From the human T2T-CHM13v2.0 reference genome, Homo sapiens, in assembly GCF_009914755.1 (NCBI RefSeq), contig NC_060927.1: DNA of 64,000 bases. One strand, 5' to 3'. A program made the position numbers and the translations under genes. A model generated the notes under the pieces. It saw nothing but the letters and a program-made list of their open reading frames with translations, made no database searches and was not told the origin of the DNA. Shown here one piece after another: positions 1 through 14,800 of the stretch (position 1 is its first letter; each line of letters opens with the position of its first letter).

Positions 1-110
1 TTTTAAGAGACGTGGTCTTGCTATGTTGCCCAGGCTGAACTCAGAATTTCAGGCTCAAACCATCCCCTTGCCCCAGCCTCCGGAGTAGCTGAGACTACAG
101 GTGCTCACCA
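1..110 (-). mobile_element. Old Alu-family monomer fragment (FLAM/AluJ-like)
   Basis: Antisense Alu motifs 'gtcttgctatgttgcccaggctg', 'cagcctccggagtagctgagactacaggtg'; single-arm length, cut by the window edge. Confidence 0.8.
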
Positions 111-2389
111 TCCCAATAAACTTTTATTTTACACACGATTATAATATTCAATATATTAAATGTTTTAATGGAATTTAATTATTTCATATTTACATAATAT
201 TTTTAAATATAATAAAAACTGCCTTAGTAATATATACCATATTTTTAAAATATAATAGTGAGGCATCCTACAAATTCACACTGAGTAACTAATGCTAGAT
301 GTAAAGAAAGATGAAATTTAAAATATCATTTGATTCCTAACACTTGAAAAATAAAGATGAAATAATTAACACTTTTCCCAATTTAATCCAATTTAATCTA
401 AATACATTTAACAACTACCAAATACATCTGTTACAGATGACTTGAATCATATTGTATATTGTAGCCCTGATTTGGAATCTGAGACTTAACACTGTATATA
501 TGACCACAGCATTGGAACCCAAAGGATAATCTCAAATAGTAATATTTAGATAGCTATGAGGTATAAATGCAAAGTGCACTGGGGATACTGATTTACTCTT
601 ACAGCGGAAGTTTTTCTTTTTCACTCAGGCTTTTGGTGGATGGAAGCACAAGATGAAGATGAGAAATGTGCTACTTTTTAGGGGATGACAGCCTTATGCT
701 AAATTATTTTCAGTTTTCACATTAGGCAAAAGATAAAAGTTGAAATTTTAAAAAGTTGAAAAACAATTCAATTTCAATAATTTACATAGACATAAGAACA
801 GGTTGATTTACTCTTAAAAATAAAGATAATTGAATATTTTAAATGGCTGGGGGACTTGAAGATTGTCAATATTTTAAAATTGTCAATGCTCGGATTTTAG
901 AAGTGTCTTTGATACCTGTACAATATTCATACTTTCATATAAAGCAAACGTTTCTCCAATAGTTTTTAAGTCTTTACTTTTAAAATATTAAATACCCTTT
1001 CCTATGCAGAAAGAGTGATTCTAAAGTGTAAGATAACTTATTAACTTTCAAAGTAAGTAAAAATAACACATAATTGCCTCAAGTATTAAAATATCAGTGT
1101 ATGACAAAGTTTACCTAGAGCTGAATTTTATGTCACAAAATCTTCTTAGGACATGTGTTACTATTTCTCTCATCTTTCCCAATGTTGAACTAAAATGCAT
1201 CCTTAAGGTTAATTGTAATTTTAAATAATTTATAGACCATATTACTAATTTTAAAAGAAGGTGATTAGAATGTCTACATGTCTCAATTGTTTGTTCTCTT
1301 ATTATTACCATAATTGATTTTATTTGAAGTCAGAAGAATAAAAAAATTTCTGTACCAAATTATATTGCTAGAAATTGAATGTAAACATTACAAAATGAAG
1401 GAAAAGAAAAATTAGCTACATCAACATAAAAAAAACTATAGGTGCCAGAAATATTTTTAAAAATCAACTTCTCAGTATCAACTGTATTTGGCATTCACAT
1501 CTCCTTTTTAATTCCAGAAAAATATTATTATAATATTCAAAACATTTACAGCCCTAGCATACAGCAGCTGCAACTACCATTCAAATAATTACACTGATTA
1601 TACTCATTAATTGCAACTGGGATGTAAAACAGATTTCATATTAATGCTATATTAAAATGAAAGAAATTAAAACAAAACGATGTTCTACAAGTATGATATT
1701 ATTTGGCAGAATGTAGGATTTAGGGCAGCATTGGCCAATTAAAACACCACGCTAGAGCCTGAATAAATTATTAAAGCAAAAGGTTACTTTCACACTTGAG
1801 TGGTATAAGTCAAAACAGGCATTTTGCTTCTTGGCCACCCTTGTAGCAAATGAAATGAAAAGCTAGACTATACAATAAAAGGTGACCATTTGTGCTCTTC
1901 TATTTTAAGTAATGAGTTTTGAGAAGACTTTTTGTCTCCTTGGTAGGCTAATTTCAGCTCCCTCCTCATTTCAGCAATACATATTTCACTTACCCTTGTA
2001 TATTCATCAGGCATCTGTATTTCAAGTGCAAGAATTTTATTCATGACTAACTTTATCCTTTAAGGAATGAGACTGCTGGAGTGTGACATATACAATGCCA
2101 TGTAATTTAAAAATCTAATATATTCCTATATAAAGTGTGGATCCAATATTTCTAACTTCAGACACCAAATTGTTTACAAATGAAGAAAAGCAAACCACTC
2201 TGGCATTAGATTTTGGAACTATATGCTGGGTAAAAGTAATTTGTCTGTCCTGAAAGTAATTCCTGACCTGATAGGCTGATTGGATAAAGGTTTAGCATTG
2301 AATTTGAGATGAAAAAAAGTGAAATAGAATGATTCAAGCAGACTTTTGCACTTGCTGTTACTGTTCTGGTAACATTGTAGGCTAACTTC

Positions 2390-2960
2390 TATCTCCATGC
2401 CTTTGCTTATTCTGTTTTGTACCTATAATGATTATCTTTCTCATTCTCAGCATCTAAATTGCATCTATCTTTTATACTCTAGTCAAGTTACATGTCTTTG
2501 TGAAAATCTTCTCTACCACATCAGTAAATAAACAAGTTTACTTCCACTAATCCTTCTAAAATGCCTTTTGTTTTTCTTATACACAGCTAATTCAGTGGTA
2601 CTTAGAAAAGGGCACAAATATTGTAGTTAGAGGATAATCTGAATTTTATCTGTGCTATTTACTAGCTGATGTCATTATCTCACCTCAAAAAGAAATAATC
2701 ATAACATATTAGAAAATAATGAAAATATTTTAAAGCAAAAAGAAGTGTGTGGTAACAAGAAAAGTTTTTATATTTTAAAATATATTTGTATTTACTAATG
2801 TACTTTTCTTTTTATGTAATCATTTTATGTCTATACACTTTCTAATATTGTTTAGACTGTAAATCCCTGAAAAGCTAGAATTGAGCCATGCACAAATGTT
2901 GATTTATACTTTGGAGATTTTTGGTACATTTATGTAATCAATGAATGAACTAATGAATCT
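2390..2960 (+). mobile_element. Degenerate L2 3' end fragments with a MIR-like piece (~2590-2700)
   Basis: L2-like 'catgcctttgcttattctgtt', 'tagactgtaaatccctgaaaagctag' and terminal 'aatgaatgaactaatgaat'; highly diverged. Confidence 0.45.
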
Positions 2961-4767
2961 ATCTACCTACCTACCTATTCATCACCTATCTATTGTGTAT
3001 CAAGATATCAGAATGGATAAAAGGCCCAGATCATCAGAGAATAATGCAAAGGAGAAATTTTTAAATAGTTAAACATATGTTGACATGAGCTAGAATATTT
3101 TTCTTTTCAAATTGTATTATAACACATATAAAGTCCAGTAAAACAAGTACAATTTTATTTAAGAAATAAAAATATAAAGGGGACTTGGTAAACAACTATA
3201 AGAAATTATGTAAGGAGAAACAGTAATATTAAACTGCTCACAAGTTAGAGCAACAAGCACAGGGTTAGAACATATCAATAGTAATTGTTTTTTGAATAAT
3301 GAGAATTAAAAGAATAAACATCAGGAATAGCAGAAGTAATAGGTGTCTTAATTATTACAAATAATTAAATGCTGAAATTTATTTTTATCTCCAATAATGT
3401 CTTTACATGTTTGCCATAATCTCTCCTTTATGCAATATAATTGTTACATTTAAAGGCCAGCAATTGTCTTCAGAAATCCAGTCAAATTAAGGCCAACATA
3501 TATTTATAAACCATTAATATGTCAAACAAAGTGTTTTAGGAGAGGTAAAATTGCCAAAGTAGACAACCTGAAAGAGAAGACATCTGTTTCCATGAATAAA
3601 CATTGTCCTAGACATTGTCTTAGAAGAGAGAATTAAAATGACAGACTTGGTTATTGCTGTGAAACTTATAATTTATAAACAAAATTCACAAATTAAATAA
3701 CAATAATATAAGATATGCTTCCCTAATTGTAAAATAGATCTTTAAAATACTTTGATACTGCCTCTCATTCCCACATTTCCTCTTTCAAATATTCACAATC
3801 CCCTACTCAGCCTACTTGAATCAGCTAATTTTAACTTCCGTCTCTCAAATGGATTTCACTTAAGCAGGAGAATATTCATTAATTTTTACACAGCACTCAG
3901 GAGGTAATAGTGAGCAGTACTACTAGAATTGTTACTTAGGGTTTCACTTTTAATATTTGGGTTTTTACCTTTTCCAGTTTCCCAAATTTTATTCTCACAT
4001 CTAGCAAATAGAATTTCCTCTATTACAGTCTCCAATTTTTTTTTTTTTTTTGCCTATTCAGTTATTTTGTTATTCAGTAATTCAGTTATTTTGGAAATTG
4101 CAACTTGTCCTAACATATTTCCCTAACTGAGTACCAGTCTATGACCCATAAACCTGTGATCCATACACCCTGCTAAGAGTAAATAAACATTCCTGATGGC
4201 ACTCTATGTTCTATTAGAATTTCTTAATGCTGTGTCTTGACTTCTGAACTCTATGATACTAGCTTTATAGACACTCTCAATTTCATTCAGTTACATATCC
4301 TAAGACTGCCTGCTGAACTACGAATCCCTGCAATCTCTTCTTATATGGTGAATATCCTATATGTCCTACAGATCTTTCTAAAATTCATTGACTTGTGCCC
4401 ATCTTTAATGGCTGTATCTATTTTCAGTTCTTGTTTCTCTATAAGACATTCCCATCCCTACCCTTAAAATGCCTTATCTGTGTGGACTAAGATGTATCAA
4501 AGCCAAATTACAGAACAAATAATGATTATTATATCCCAAGCCTCACTAGGCTATGGGTGTTGTTTCTGTAAGATGTTTTCCTAGATTAAAGACCTTCCAA
4601 GGAAGAGAATCATTTTAATCTCTCCAAGTGTCTTCAGAATAGGCAGCCAAAACACTTAGCTGGGTTGTCAACCTGGTCACATTATGGGTAAAATTATAAA
4701 AAGAAAAAACAAATATCCTGGAGAATTGCTTGCAACTGTAGAAGACAAAATAATTAAACTCACCAAA

Positions 4768-5176
4768 TGGAATTAAGGTTGCTAATCAGATAATCATAAA
4801 ATAAGGAGAGTATCCTGGATTATCCAAGTTGATATAATGTAATCACAATGACCCTTTAAATGTGAAAGGAGTCAAAGGGTCAGAGTCAGAATGATGTGAC
4901 ATGAGAAAGATTCTCAACTGTCCATTGATAGCTTTCAAAATGGAGGAAGTGGCCATGCTCCAAGAAATGCAGGCAGCCGCTAACAGCTGGAAAACTCAAG
5001 AAAATGCATTCCCCCTTAGAAGCTCCAGAAGAAATATAGTCCTGAAAACACCTTGATCTTAGCCCGGTGACATCTATGTCAGAATCCTGATCTCTAGACC
5101 TGAAGACAAGATATTTATTGTTTTAAATCATTAAATTTGTGGTAATCTGTTACACTAGCAATAAGAATCTAATACA
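4768..5176 (+). mobile_element. MaLR solo LTR, MLT1D-like
   Basis: 'aattaaggttgctaatcag..tatcctggattatcc', 'ccaagaaatgcaggcagc', and the MLT1 3' end 'tttgtggtaatctgttaca..ctaataca'. Confidence 0.8.
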
Positions 5177-7029
5177 GCAAAAGTTCAACATTGCTAACAA
5201 ACTTCCTCAAATAAGGACTTGTAATTCTTGAGCATGTGATGCTCCCTTTAATTATCATCATAGTATGAATAAAAAAAATAGCACCTCATTAAAGCAGGAT
5301 GAACTTTACTGGGTTAGAATAGAGATGTCAAGACCAAAAGAATCAACTTCAAGTCTCAAAATGCAAAACAATTGACAATTGATCATCATATCCAAAAAGG
5401 CTTCCACATAGTTTCTTCATGTTTAAGTCTCTTCTATTTTATCTCCAACTTCCATTCATAATCTATTCTATAAAACTTAAATGCTATTCATGAATTTGTT
5501 CATGTGCTTACAAAAAATAGCTGAAAGCATCATAATCTGAAACACACTCAATTCTGACATAACTCGGGTCTGTTGGAGCAAGTTAATATTCACGGGTAAT
5601 TAAACTTGGTCCACATTTTTACACGCTTTCTCTGAACACAAAACACCTTGAATATAGGGAATTTTGGCTGTGGCTCTCTTTTATGTAGACTAGTTTGTTT
5701 TATTGTCCCTAGTATTATCTACGATTACATTTCTAAAAGATTCTCTTTTTATTTCAGTTACTTGAGCAAATCAGATGGAGAAAAGGAAAACAAATTTACT
5801 CTACAGAGCTCAGTAAACACAAGCTACACATTTCCACTTATGTTCTGAATGATGCCATGTCTATACCAGCACCATCTAGTGAAATCATTATCAAACTTCA
5901 CCTTGAAAAAATTTATGAGTTGGCTGCAGTATGTGAGGTACTAGGGACCCTCCACCAAATTAAGAGGCACTTCATTTTTGTCTTAGTCATGACCTTTGCT
6001 GACCCCTAGAAAAGAAAATTTATGTATCCTCCATATCTTGGGAAGTATCATAGAGCAATGTTAATGGAGTGAATTTTAAAATGTAACAAAAATGAGTCTG
6101 TCCAGCATCAATCTGTTATGACTATTATCTGAATTTTCTTCAGAAACATTAAAATTCAACTGGATCTATGAAGTAGTATTGTGCGTGGCATGAATCTTAG
6201 TTGCTACAAATATCAGAATGTTCTTGAATGTTTGGATGCTTTGAGAGAAAATATTAAATTAAAATTCTAAAAATATCAGAATAAACAGAATTAGAACATT
6301 AAAACCTTTAAATCCTTTTATATAAAGGCATATTTATATATTTATATAAAGATATTTCAAAATATTTTTATTACTCTATTTTTATGTTTCTATTACCTGG
6401 TAAAGAGCTTTATTCCTCAACTGGAAATACATTACTTTCTTCACAAAATTAAAAGACATCTTTGTACTAAAACATATAAAGTATCATGCAAAAACTGACA
6501 TTTTTACAGGTTTGAGTTAAGAAAATCTGGGCATAATATCGTTCGTAAAAAGATTGAAAAAATTAATACATTTAACAATCACTTCAGGCTACATATTGCT
6601 TTTATCAAATTATTTAATTTGTGTCCCAGTAAATATATTAGAGATGCTGCATTACTGTCATCTTGGTTACCTGTTTATATTTCTTCAATTACATTTTTTC
6701 TGTGAAGCAATACATATTTAAGTAATCAAATTGGGAAATGACTATAAACTTTTTTGTTAGAAAAATGTTTAATACATAATGTAATTAGGAGATTATTTTT
6801 TAAGAGAGTGTGTGTGTGTGTGCATGTATGCCTGTGTATGAGTGAGAGAAAAAATTACAACTACTGATTTATATATAACAATTAGGTCAATATTGTAGAA
6901 ATTGGTACATTCAAAATAATCTGAATGATTAGCATTTCAACTGATTGTAGGTCAATTTAATATTTTGAGTCAACCAAATATTTTGGCATTATCTTTTAAA
7001 AAATGATTAAATTATAATAACTAACAGTT

Positions 7030-7350
7030 ATCAATTGCTTGCTCTGTGCACACTACTGAATTAAGTACTCTGTAGGGAGTATCTCATTTACAGTCCAAAA
7101 CAATGCCATGTGGTAGTTACGGTAATTATCCATATTTAAAATGAAGAAAACTGAAACTTAAAAAAGTTAATTCCTGTGGTGACCACATCATCCAAGGTAG
7201 GTAGGGCATGGTTAGATAGAGAAGGGGGAGCTATTAATAAGCATTTATCTGACTTTATCAGTATAGATCAGAATTAACTTGGCAAATCAAGATATATATA
7301 TATATATGGATACTCTACACATATAGTAAGTAGCAAAATTAAGACTCAAT
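7030..7350 (-). mobile_element. MIR SINE interrupted by a small DNA transposon
   Basis: MIR core 'tatctcatttacagtcc..aatgaagaaaactgaaactta' stops at ~7172 and resumes at ~7325 ('agtaagtagcaaaattaagactcaatcc'). Confidence 0.6.
7176..7317 (+). mobile_element. MER94/MER81-like hAT-Blackjack MITE
   Basis: Starts 'gtggtgacca', contains 'gaagggggagctattaataa', ends 'ggcaaatcaagatat..atggatactct', resembling the recalled MER94 consensus. Confidence 0.5.
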
Positions 7351-8885
7351 CCTAAGGAACCCAAGTTACTTTCCAAATATATGACTTAACTACACGGTGA
7401 ATCTACATAATAGAAAGAGTAGAATTTTAAACATTCCATGATTGGTTTAGCATCATGAGCCAATATCCTAATCAAAATTAAATATTTTCCCTGTCACCTA
7501 TTTGTCTCCTTTAACTTTTATTTACCCAATACCAAGCCAATCTGTATATCTGAAGTTGTAAGAAGTGACTTAAGATGTTTCACTTCTGTATTTCTGCAAT
7601 GTTTTTCCTTCAGCTCTAAGTGTCAAATCTTTCTCCATTTATATGCCTTTCCAATTTGATTCTCAGATAAACATTTCCTTTTCCAAGACGTCTTTCCATA
7701 TTCATCCTTGAACATTTCAAAACATGTTATTTGTATTGTTATCTTGATAATTATTTCAATTCTCACAATATTCATTATACTTTTATGTACACTTTGTCAC
7801 TCCTAAATAAAACCTCATCTTTTACACATGATTAAAATGTTACAATGTGTTTAGTAATATGCAAATGCATGACTCATCTTTGTTTTTAAAATTTTGTTTC
7901 TCTTCAGAATGAGCAAACCCTTATACATTTACTTTTTAGTTTACTCTGGGCTTGAGGCTAACATGTAGATGCCTAACATAGAAATCAAGTTACATGAAAA
8001 CTGTAATATTCACAATCTACATAGGCACTATAGATAAATCAATTTGGGCTATCAATTTATTTTTGTAAATATTTGATGTAATCATACATTACACATTTTG
8101 ATATGAGTTTAGATGTTTTTCTCATCCTGAAATTTTCTAACTTTAAAACTCTTTCAGGTTACCTAAGTTTGTTTAGTAAATACTTATTTCTTTTATTAAG
8201 CTGTGCAAGCTAATCTTCTTATATCAGAAACTTTGTCACATATATTTTCATCTTATCATTGCCTTTGTAATTGAGTACTATGCAGAAAAATCACTTTGCA
8301 AAATGATCTTTCTTAAAAAGATGCATACTCACATACTTTTACTCTGGCATTTTAAGCTGAAAGATAGTATTGGAAGTTATTTATATGTCATTATAACTAT
8401 TTTTTAACACAAGAGTTTCTCCTGAATGTCACTGACAGAGAGAAACTAATTTGTTCCACATGGATGATGCTTAACGCTGGTGTAAGGCAAAATGATAGCT
8501 GTCCATGTGCTGTATGTATTTACAGGATCCTTTAAAGAATCGATTAGCTTAAATAATCTGTCTAACTATATTTCCACAGGGCCTAAATTCCTGTCAATTA
8601 AAGTCACTCCTTAAGTACATTTTCAAGAAAATGAGCTTTGAAGGCATTATTTTAGAGGAGAAGAACATGAGTATAGATTTATCTTTATTGAAACTGCACT
8701 GCAGCAAATAGAAGAATTCAGAGGTAATAAGTTAGTAAACAAGTCCATTTTGATGTTAGAAGCAAGCAGAAACAAATTCTAAACTAATGAGTCTTTACCA
8801 AGAGTATGAAACTCCAATGAGTTGTGTTTTTATAAACGTAGACACTCTAATCCTACCAGCAAAGGATTTTAAGTTTCCTGAATCC

Positions 8886-9789
8886 TATAAACTAAAAATA
8901 AAATACTAAACTGCCCCAACTAACTAAATAGATATCCTCTTGGCCAAGGGCATAGAAACCTTCAAAACAGAATTACCAGCCATAATGGATGGGAGATAGG
9001 ACAGGTCTCATTATATTCCCATTCTTTTGCAGCTTAGAGGTACAACTGATCACTGCAATGTTAAAATAGAAATCATAAGATTGACAAAACAGAATTTCTG
9101 TGGCCATAAGATACCAAATCATACACAAGGCCTAAAGCCATGCCAGACAAAGGTTAAGTTATGCACCCCTACACTTAAAGAATAAACTATGTTCTGTCAC
9201 AGAGTTTTTCTTCTTCTCTAGCAGCCAAAGCAGCACTGTCCTGAGATAAGCAATATTAAAGCAATTTGCAGCTCATCCACTGCCAGATGCTGACTAACTT
9301 ACCTCTCCTATTCCACAAGCCATAAGTAAAGCCTTGGTTGGACAAGATACTGATTTCAGTAACTTTCTCAAGATAAGAAAATCACCGACCATGGACAGGT
9401 TCTGGTTGGTTTACAGAGGCTGCGCACTTGAGTGCCTTCATGTCCGTGTGTCACCTTTTAACATATAGAGCCTAATTGTAATGCATTTAAATGTTAATTC
9501 TCCACCCAAAAGTGAACATGGTTGATTTATATGCAACATGGATGTTTATTCAGTACACATGCTTTAGGACCCCTTTACTCAATATTCATAGCTCCTTCTG
9601 TAACCTGTTAAACAGGTATATTTGGCCAACCTGTTCACTATACACTCCTGTCTCATCTGTCCTTCACTTTTAGTGCCTGCTTTCAGTTTTGGCCGGAGGC
9701 ATACTCCCAGACTGTCAAGATTTATTTACTTACAAAAAATAAAGTCTGCATTCTAAATGTATAGATATTGTGATATTTTCTGGTTGACA
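8886..9789 (+). mobile_element. ERV1 solo LTR, MER49/MER39-group
   Basis: Begins 'tataaactaaaaataaaatactaa..cctcttggccaaggg', has aataaa at ~9738, ends 'ggttgaca'; 4-bp TSD atcc/accc (1 mismatch). Confidence 0.8.
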
Positions 9790-10713
9790 ACCCTAAATAA
9801 TCTCAGTGTGCATCATAATCAAAGCAATAGAGGGAAATCATTGTGTGTTTTCTGTATCTAGGGAGGATCTTTAGGCCTGGAGAAGGTCCCCCAGCTCCAG
9901 AAGGTACAGAGGCAATAAAGAGAACAGGAAGAAACAAGATAATTTTGACTATATCACATATCCATCTAAAAGTTTTGGGTTGAATATTTCCCATGTTCAC
10001 TCCAAGTACATCTACTGACTTTGGTACTTTAATTCTGAGCAACTCTGTTGAATACTAAGCAATGTTTTCATTCTCAGAGAGTTATCCAGAGCAGTGCATC
10101 CAGCCAGTTTGAAACTGTATAAGGAAGTAAGTTATCAGACTTAATGCCTTATGAAAGCTTGGTTTGATTTTTAACAATACATATCTGTTAGGTAATGCAG
10201 TACTGAAAAAGGAGAATTTCATTATCTCTATATAGAAGGAGAGAGATCTATCTTCTAAGCAATGGGCCTCAGGAGGAATTTCCTACAAAGTGACTGCATT
10301 TGGACTCAATGACTAATACTCCTGGACCCTGGTGAGGAAAATATTGCAGTGCTGTCACTGCAGGTCTTGATGCAAAGAAACCTGCTGGTCAAGATAAAAA
10401 GAGAAAAAACAAAAGGTGGATGATATTGCAATAACAAGAGAAATAGACACCTATTCAGTCTGGCTGAATTTTGATATTTTTGCCTACCAAACAAGTTTCT
10501 ATTTCATACTTTTAAAAATAGATGTATTGAGGCTCAGCAATACATTTTACGTATGTATGTGTTTGTGTATATTTGTGTGTATATATATATGCTCATATTT
10601 CCTTTTCCATGGATATTACATATTCATTATGTTCCCTTTCAAAAATGTTAAATCATTTGATATGCTTACAAATATACATCCTTCAAACTCATATTAAAGA
10701 TTTTTCTCAAATT

Positions 10714-11021
10714 GGCCAGGCGCAGTGGCTCACGCCTGTAATGCCAGCACTTTGGGAGGCCAAGGTGGGCAGATCACGAGGTCAGGAGATCGAGACCATC
10801 CTGGCTAACACGGTGAAATCCCGTCTCTACTAAAAATATGAAAAATTAGCCGGGTGTGGTAGCAGGCAACTGTAGTCCCAGCTACTCGGGAGGCTGGGGC
10901 AGGAGAATGGCGTGAACCCGGGAGGCGAACCTGCAGTGAACCGAGATAGCGCCACTGCACTCCAGCCTGGGCAGCAGAGCAACCCTCCGTCTCAAAAAAA
11001 AAAAAAAAAAAAAAAAAAAAA
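10714..11021 (+). mobile_element. AluY
   Basis: Diagnostic 'gagaccatcctggctaacacggtg' and 'gaatggcgtgaacccggga'; A28 tail; TSD aaagatttttctcaaat / aaacattttcctcaaat. Confidence 0.95.
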
Positions 11022-11155
11022 CATTTTCCTCAAATGACCTTCTGTAAGAAACCTATAAGAAACCTTCTGAAATGTACCTGGATACTCCTTGATTCTAATG
11101 TTCTGAAACTGAAAATTTCAGAACAAAAAACATGGAAATTCAGAAACAATTTACC

Positions 11156-11418
11156 GATATTTAGGTTTTTGAAGACACTCCATATACTTTTCCATAGTGG
11201 CTGCACCAACTTACATTCTCGCAAACAGTGTACAAGGATTCTCCTTTATCACACCGTCTTCACCTTCTGTTATTGTTCTTATTTTGGATAAAGTCATTTT
11301 AAATTGAATGTGATGATATCTCATTGCAGTTTCAATTTATATTTTTCTGATGATTAGTGATTTGAGCATTTTTGCACATACCTGTGGCCATTTGCATCTT
11401 TTCTTTTTAGAAATGTCT
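11156..11418 (-). mobile_element. Inverted 5' segment of an L1MA insertion
   Basis: Antisense L1 ORF2 3' end (ORF track MRECKLVQPLWKSIW). In L1 coordinates it adjoins the sense segment starting at 11419. Confidence 0.85.
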
Positions 11419-11804
11419 GCCATATGATCCAGTAATTTCATTGCTGGGTGTGTGTTCAAAATAAAGAAACTCAGCATATCAAAGAGGTATCTGATCTCTC
11501 ATGTTTACTGCAGCAATATTCACAATAGCCAAAATATGGACTCAACCTAAGTGTCCAGTAATGGATGAATGGTTTTTAAAAGGTGGTATGAATACACAAT
11601 GGAATATTATTCAGCCATAAAAAGAATGAAATACTTTTTCATTTGCAGCAACATGGATGAAACTGGAGGTCATTATGTTAAGTGAAATAAATCAAGCACA
11701 TAAAGACAAATATTGCATGTTCTTACTCATAAGTAAGACAAAAAAAAATGAATTCATGGAGATAGAGTGGAAACATGATTACCAGAGGATGGGAAGGGTA
11801 GTGG
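11419..11804 (+). mobile_element. L1MA (approx. L1MA4-5) 3' region, first part
   Basis: 'gccatatgatccagtaatttcattgctggg', 'catttgcagcaacatggatgaaactggaggtcattatgttaagtgaaata'. Confidence 0.9.
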
Positions 11805-14800
11805 ACCAAGTGGACCTAATAGACATCTACAGAACTTTCCACCCCAAATCAACAGAATATATGTTCTTCTCAGCACCACATAGCATTTATTCTAAAATTG
11901 AATAAATAATTGGAAGTAAAACACTTCTCAGCAAATGCAAAGGAATGGAAATCATAACAAACAGTTGCTCAGACCACAGTGCAATCAAATTAGAACCCAG
12001 GATTAGGACATTCACTCAAAACCACACAACTACATGGACACTGAACAACCTGCTCCTGAATGAGTACTGGGTAAATAATGAAACTAAGGCAGAAATAAAT
12101 AAGTTCTATGAAACCGTGAGAACAAAGACAACATGTACCAGAATCTCTGAAACACAGCTAAAGCAGTGTTAAGAGGGAAATTTATAAATCTAAATGTCAA
12201 CAGGGGAAAGTGGGAAAGATATAAGATTGACGCCCTAATATAACAATTAAAAGAACTGGAAAAGCAAGAGCAGGCAAATTCAAAGGTAGCAGAAGACAAG
12301 AAATAACTAAGATCAGAGAAGAACTGAAGGAGACAGAGACACAAAAAAACCTTCAAAAAAAAAAAAATCAATGAATCCAGGAACTGGTTTTCTGAAAAGA
12401 TTAACAAAATAGATAGACCTCTAGCCAGACTAATAAAGAAGAAAACAGAGAAGAATCAAATAGATACAATAAAAAATGATAAAGGGGATATCACCACTGA
12501 TCCTACAGAAATAGAAACTACCATCAGAGAATACTATAAATACCTCTACTCAAATAAACTAGAAATTCTAGAAGACATGAATAAATTCCTGGACACATAC
12601 ACCCTCCCAAGAATAAACCAGAAAGCAGTTGAATCCCTGAATAGACCAATAACAAGTTCTGAAATTCAGGCAGTATTTAGTAGCTTACCAACCAAAAAAA
12701 GGCCAGCACCAGATGGATTCACAGCCGAATTCTACCAGCGGTACAAAGAGAAGCTGGTACCATGAAGGAATCCTCCATAACTCATTTTATGAGGCCAGCA
12801 TCATCCTGATACTAAAACCTGGTAGAGACACAGCAACAACAAAATGTCAGGCTAATATCCCTGATGAACATTGATGTGAAAGTCCTCAATAAAATACTGG
12901 CAAAATGAATTCAGCAGCACATCAAAATCTTATCCACCACGATCAAGTCAGCTTCTTCCCTAGGATGCAAGGCTGGTTCAACATACACAAATCAGTAAAC
13001 GTAATCCATCACATAAACAGAACCAATGATAAAAACCACATGATTATCTCAACAGATGCAGAAAAGACCTTTGATAAAATTCAACATCCCCTCATGCTAA
13101 AAACCCTCAATAAACTAGGTATTGATGGAACATATCTCAAAATAGTAAGAGCTATTTATGACAAACCCATAGCCACTGTCATACTGAATGGGCAAAAGCT
13201 TGATGTATTCTCTTTGAAAACCGGCACAAGACACGGATGCCCTCTCTCACCACTCCTATTCAACATAGTATTGGAAGTTCTGGACAGGAGAGTCAGACAA
13301 GAGAAAGAAATAAAGCGTATTCAAATAGGAAGAGAAGAAGTCAAATTGTCTCTGTTTGCAGGTGGCATGATTGTATATTTAGAAAACCCCATTGTCTCAG
13401 CCCAAAAAAGCCTTAAGCTGATAAGCAACTTTAGCAAAGTCGCAGGATACAAAATCAATGTGCAAAAATCACAAGCATTCCTATACACCAATAACAGAAA
13501 ACCAAATCATGAGTGAACTCCCATTTACAATTGCTACGAAGAAAATAAAATGCCTAGGAATAAAACTTAAAGGAATGTGAAGGACCTCTTTAAGGAGAAC
13601 TACAAACCACTGCTCAAGGAAATGAGAGAACACAAACAAATGGAAAAATATTCCATGCTCATGGATAGGAAGAATCAATATCATGAAAATAGCCATAGTG
13701 CTCAAAGTGATTTATAGATTCAATGCTATCCCCATCAAGCTACCAATGACTTTCTCCACAGAACTAAAAAAAAAAACTACTTTAAATTTCTTAGGGAACC
13801 AAAAAAGAGCCCATATACCCAAGACGATCCTAAGCAAAAAGAACAAAGCTGGAGGCATCACGCTACCTGACTCCAAACAATACCACAAGGCTACAGTAGC
13901 CAAAACAGCATAGTACTGCTACCAAAACAGATATATAGACCAATGGAACAGAACAGCGGCCTCAGAAATAACCAGTAACACCACACATCTACAACCATCT
14001 GATCTTTGACAAACATGACAAAAACAAACAATGGAGAAAGGATTCCATATTTAATAAATGCTGTTGGGAAAACTGGCTAACCATATGCAGAAAACTGAAA
14101 CTGGAGCCCTCACCTTATAGAAAAATTAACTCAAGATGGATTAAAGACTTAAACACAAGACTTAAAACCATATAAAACCTAGAGGAAAACTTAGGCAATA
14201 CCATTCAGGACATAGGCATGGGCAAAATTTCATGACTAAAACACCAAAGGCAATGGCAACAAAAACCAAAATTGACAAATGGGATTTAATTAAACTAAAG
14301 AGCTTCTTCACAGCAAAAGAAACTATCGTCAGAGTGAACAGGCAACCTACAGAATGGGAAAAAATTTTTGTAGTCAATCCATCTGACAAAGGGCTAATAT
14401 CCAGAATCTACAACGATCTTAAATTTACAAGAAAAAAAAAACTCCATGAAAAAGTGGGCAAAGTATATGAACAGACACTTCTCAAAAGATGAAATTTTTG
14501 TGGCCAAAAAAATATGAAAAAAAGCTCATTATCACTGGTCATTAGAGAAATGCAAAGCAAAACCACAATGAGATACCATCTCACACCAGCTAGAATGGCC
14601 ATCATTAAAAAGTCAGGAAACAACAGATGCTAGAGAGGATACAACCGATGCTGGAGAAATAGGAATGCTTTAACACTGTTGGTGGGAGTATAAATTAGTT
14701 CAACCATTGTGGAAGACAGTGTGGTGATTCCTCAAGGATTTAAAACCAGAAATACCATTTGACCCAGCAATCCCATTACTGGGTATATATCTAAGGATTA

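Noticed and set aside
1985-2120. Minus-strand splice donor (agg|gtaagtg) suggesting a coding exon
   Set aside because: All three minus-strand frames upstream contain stops, and there is no convincing acceptor.
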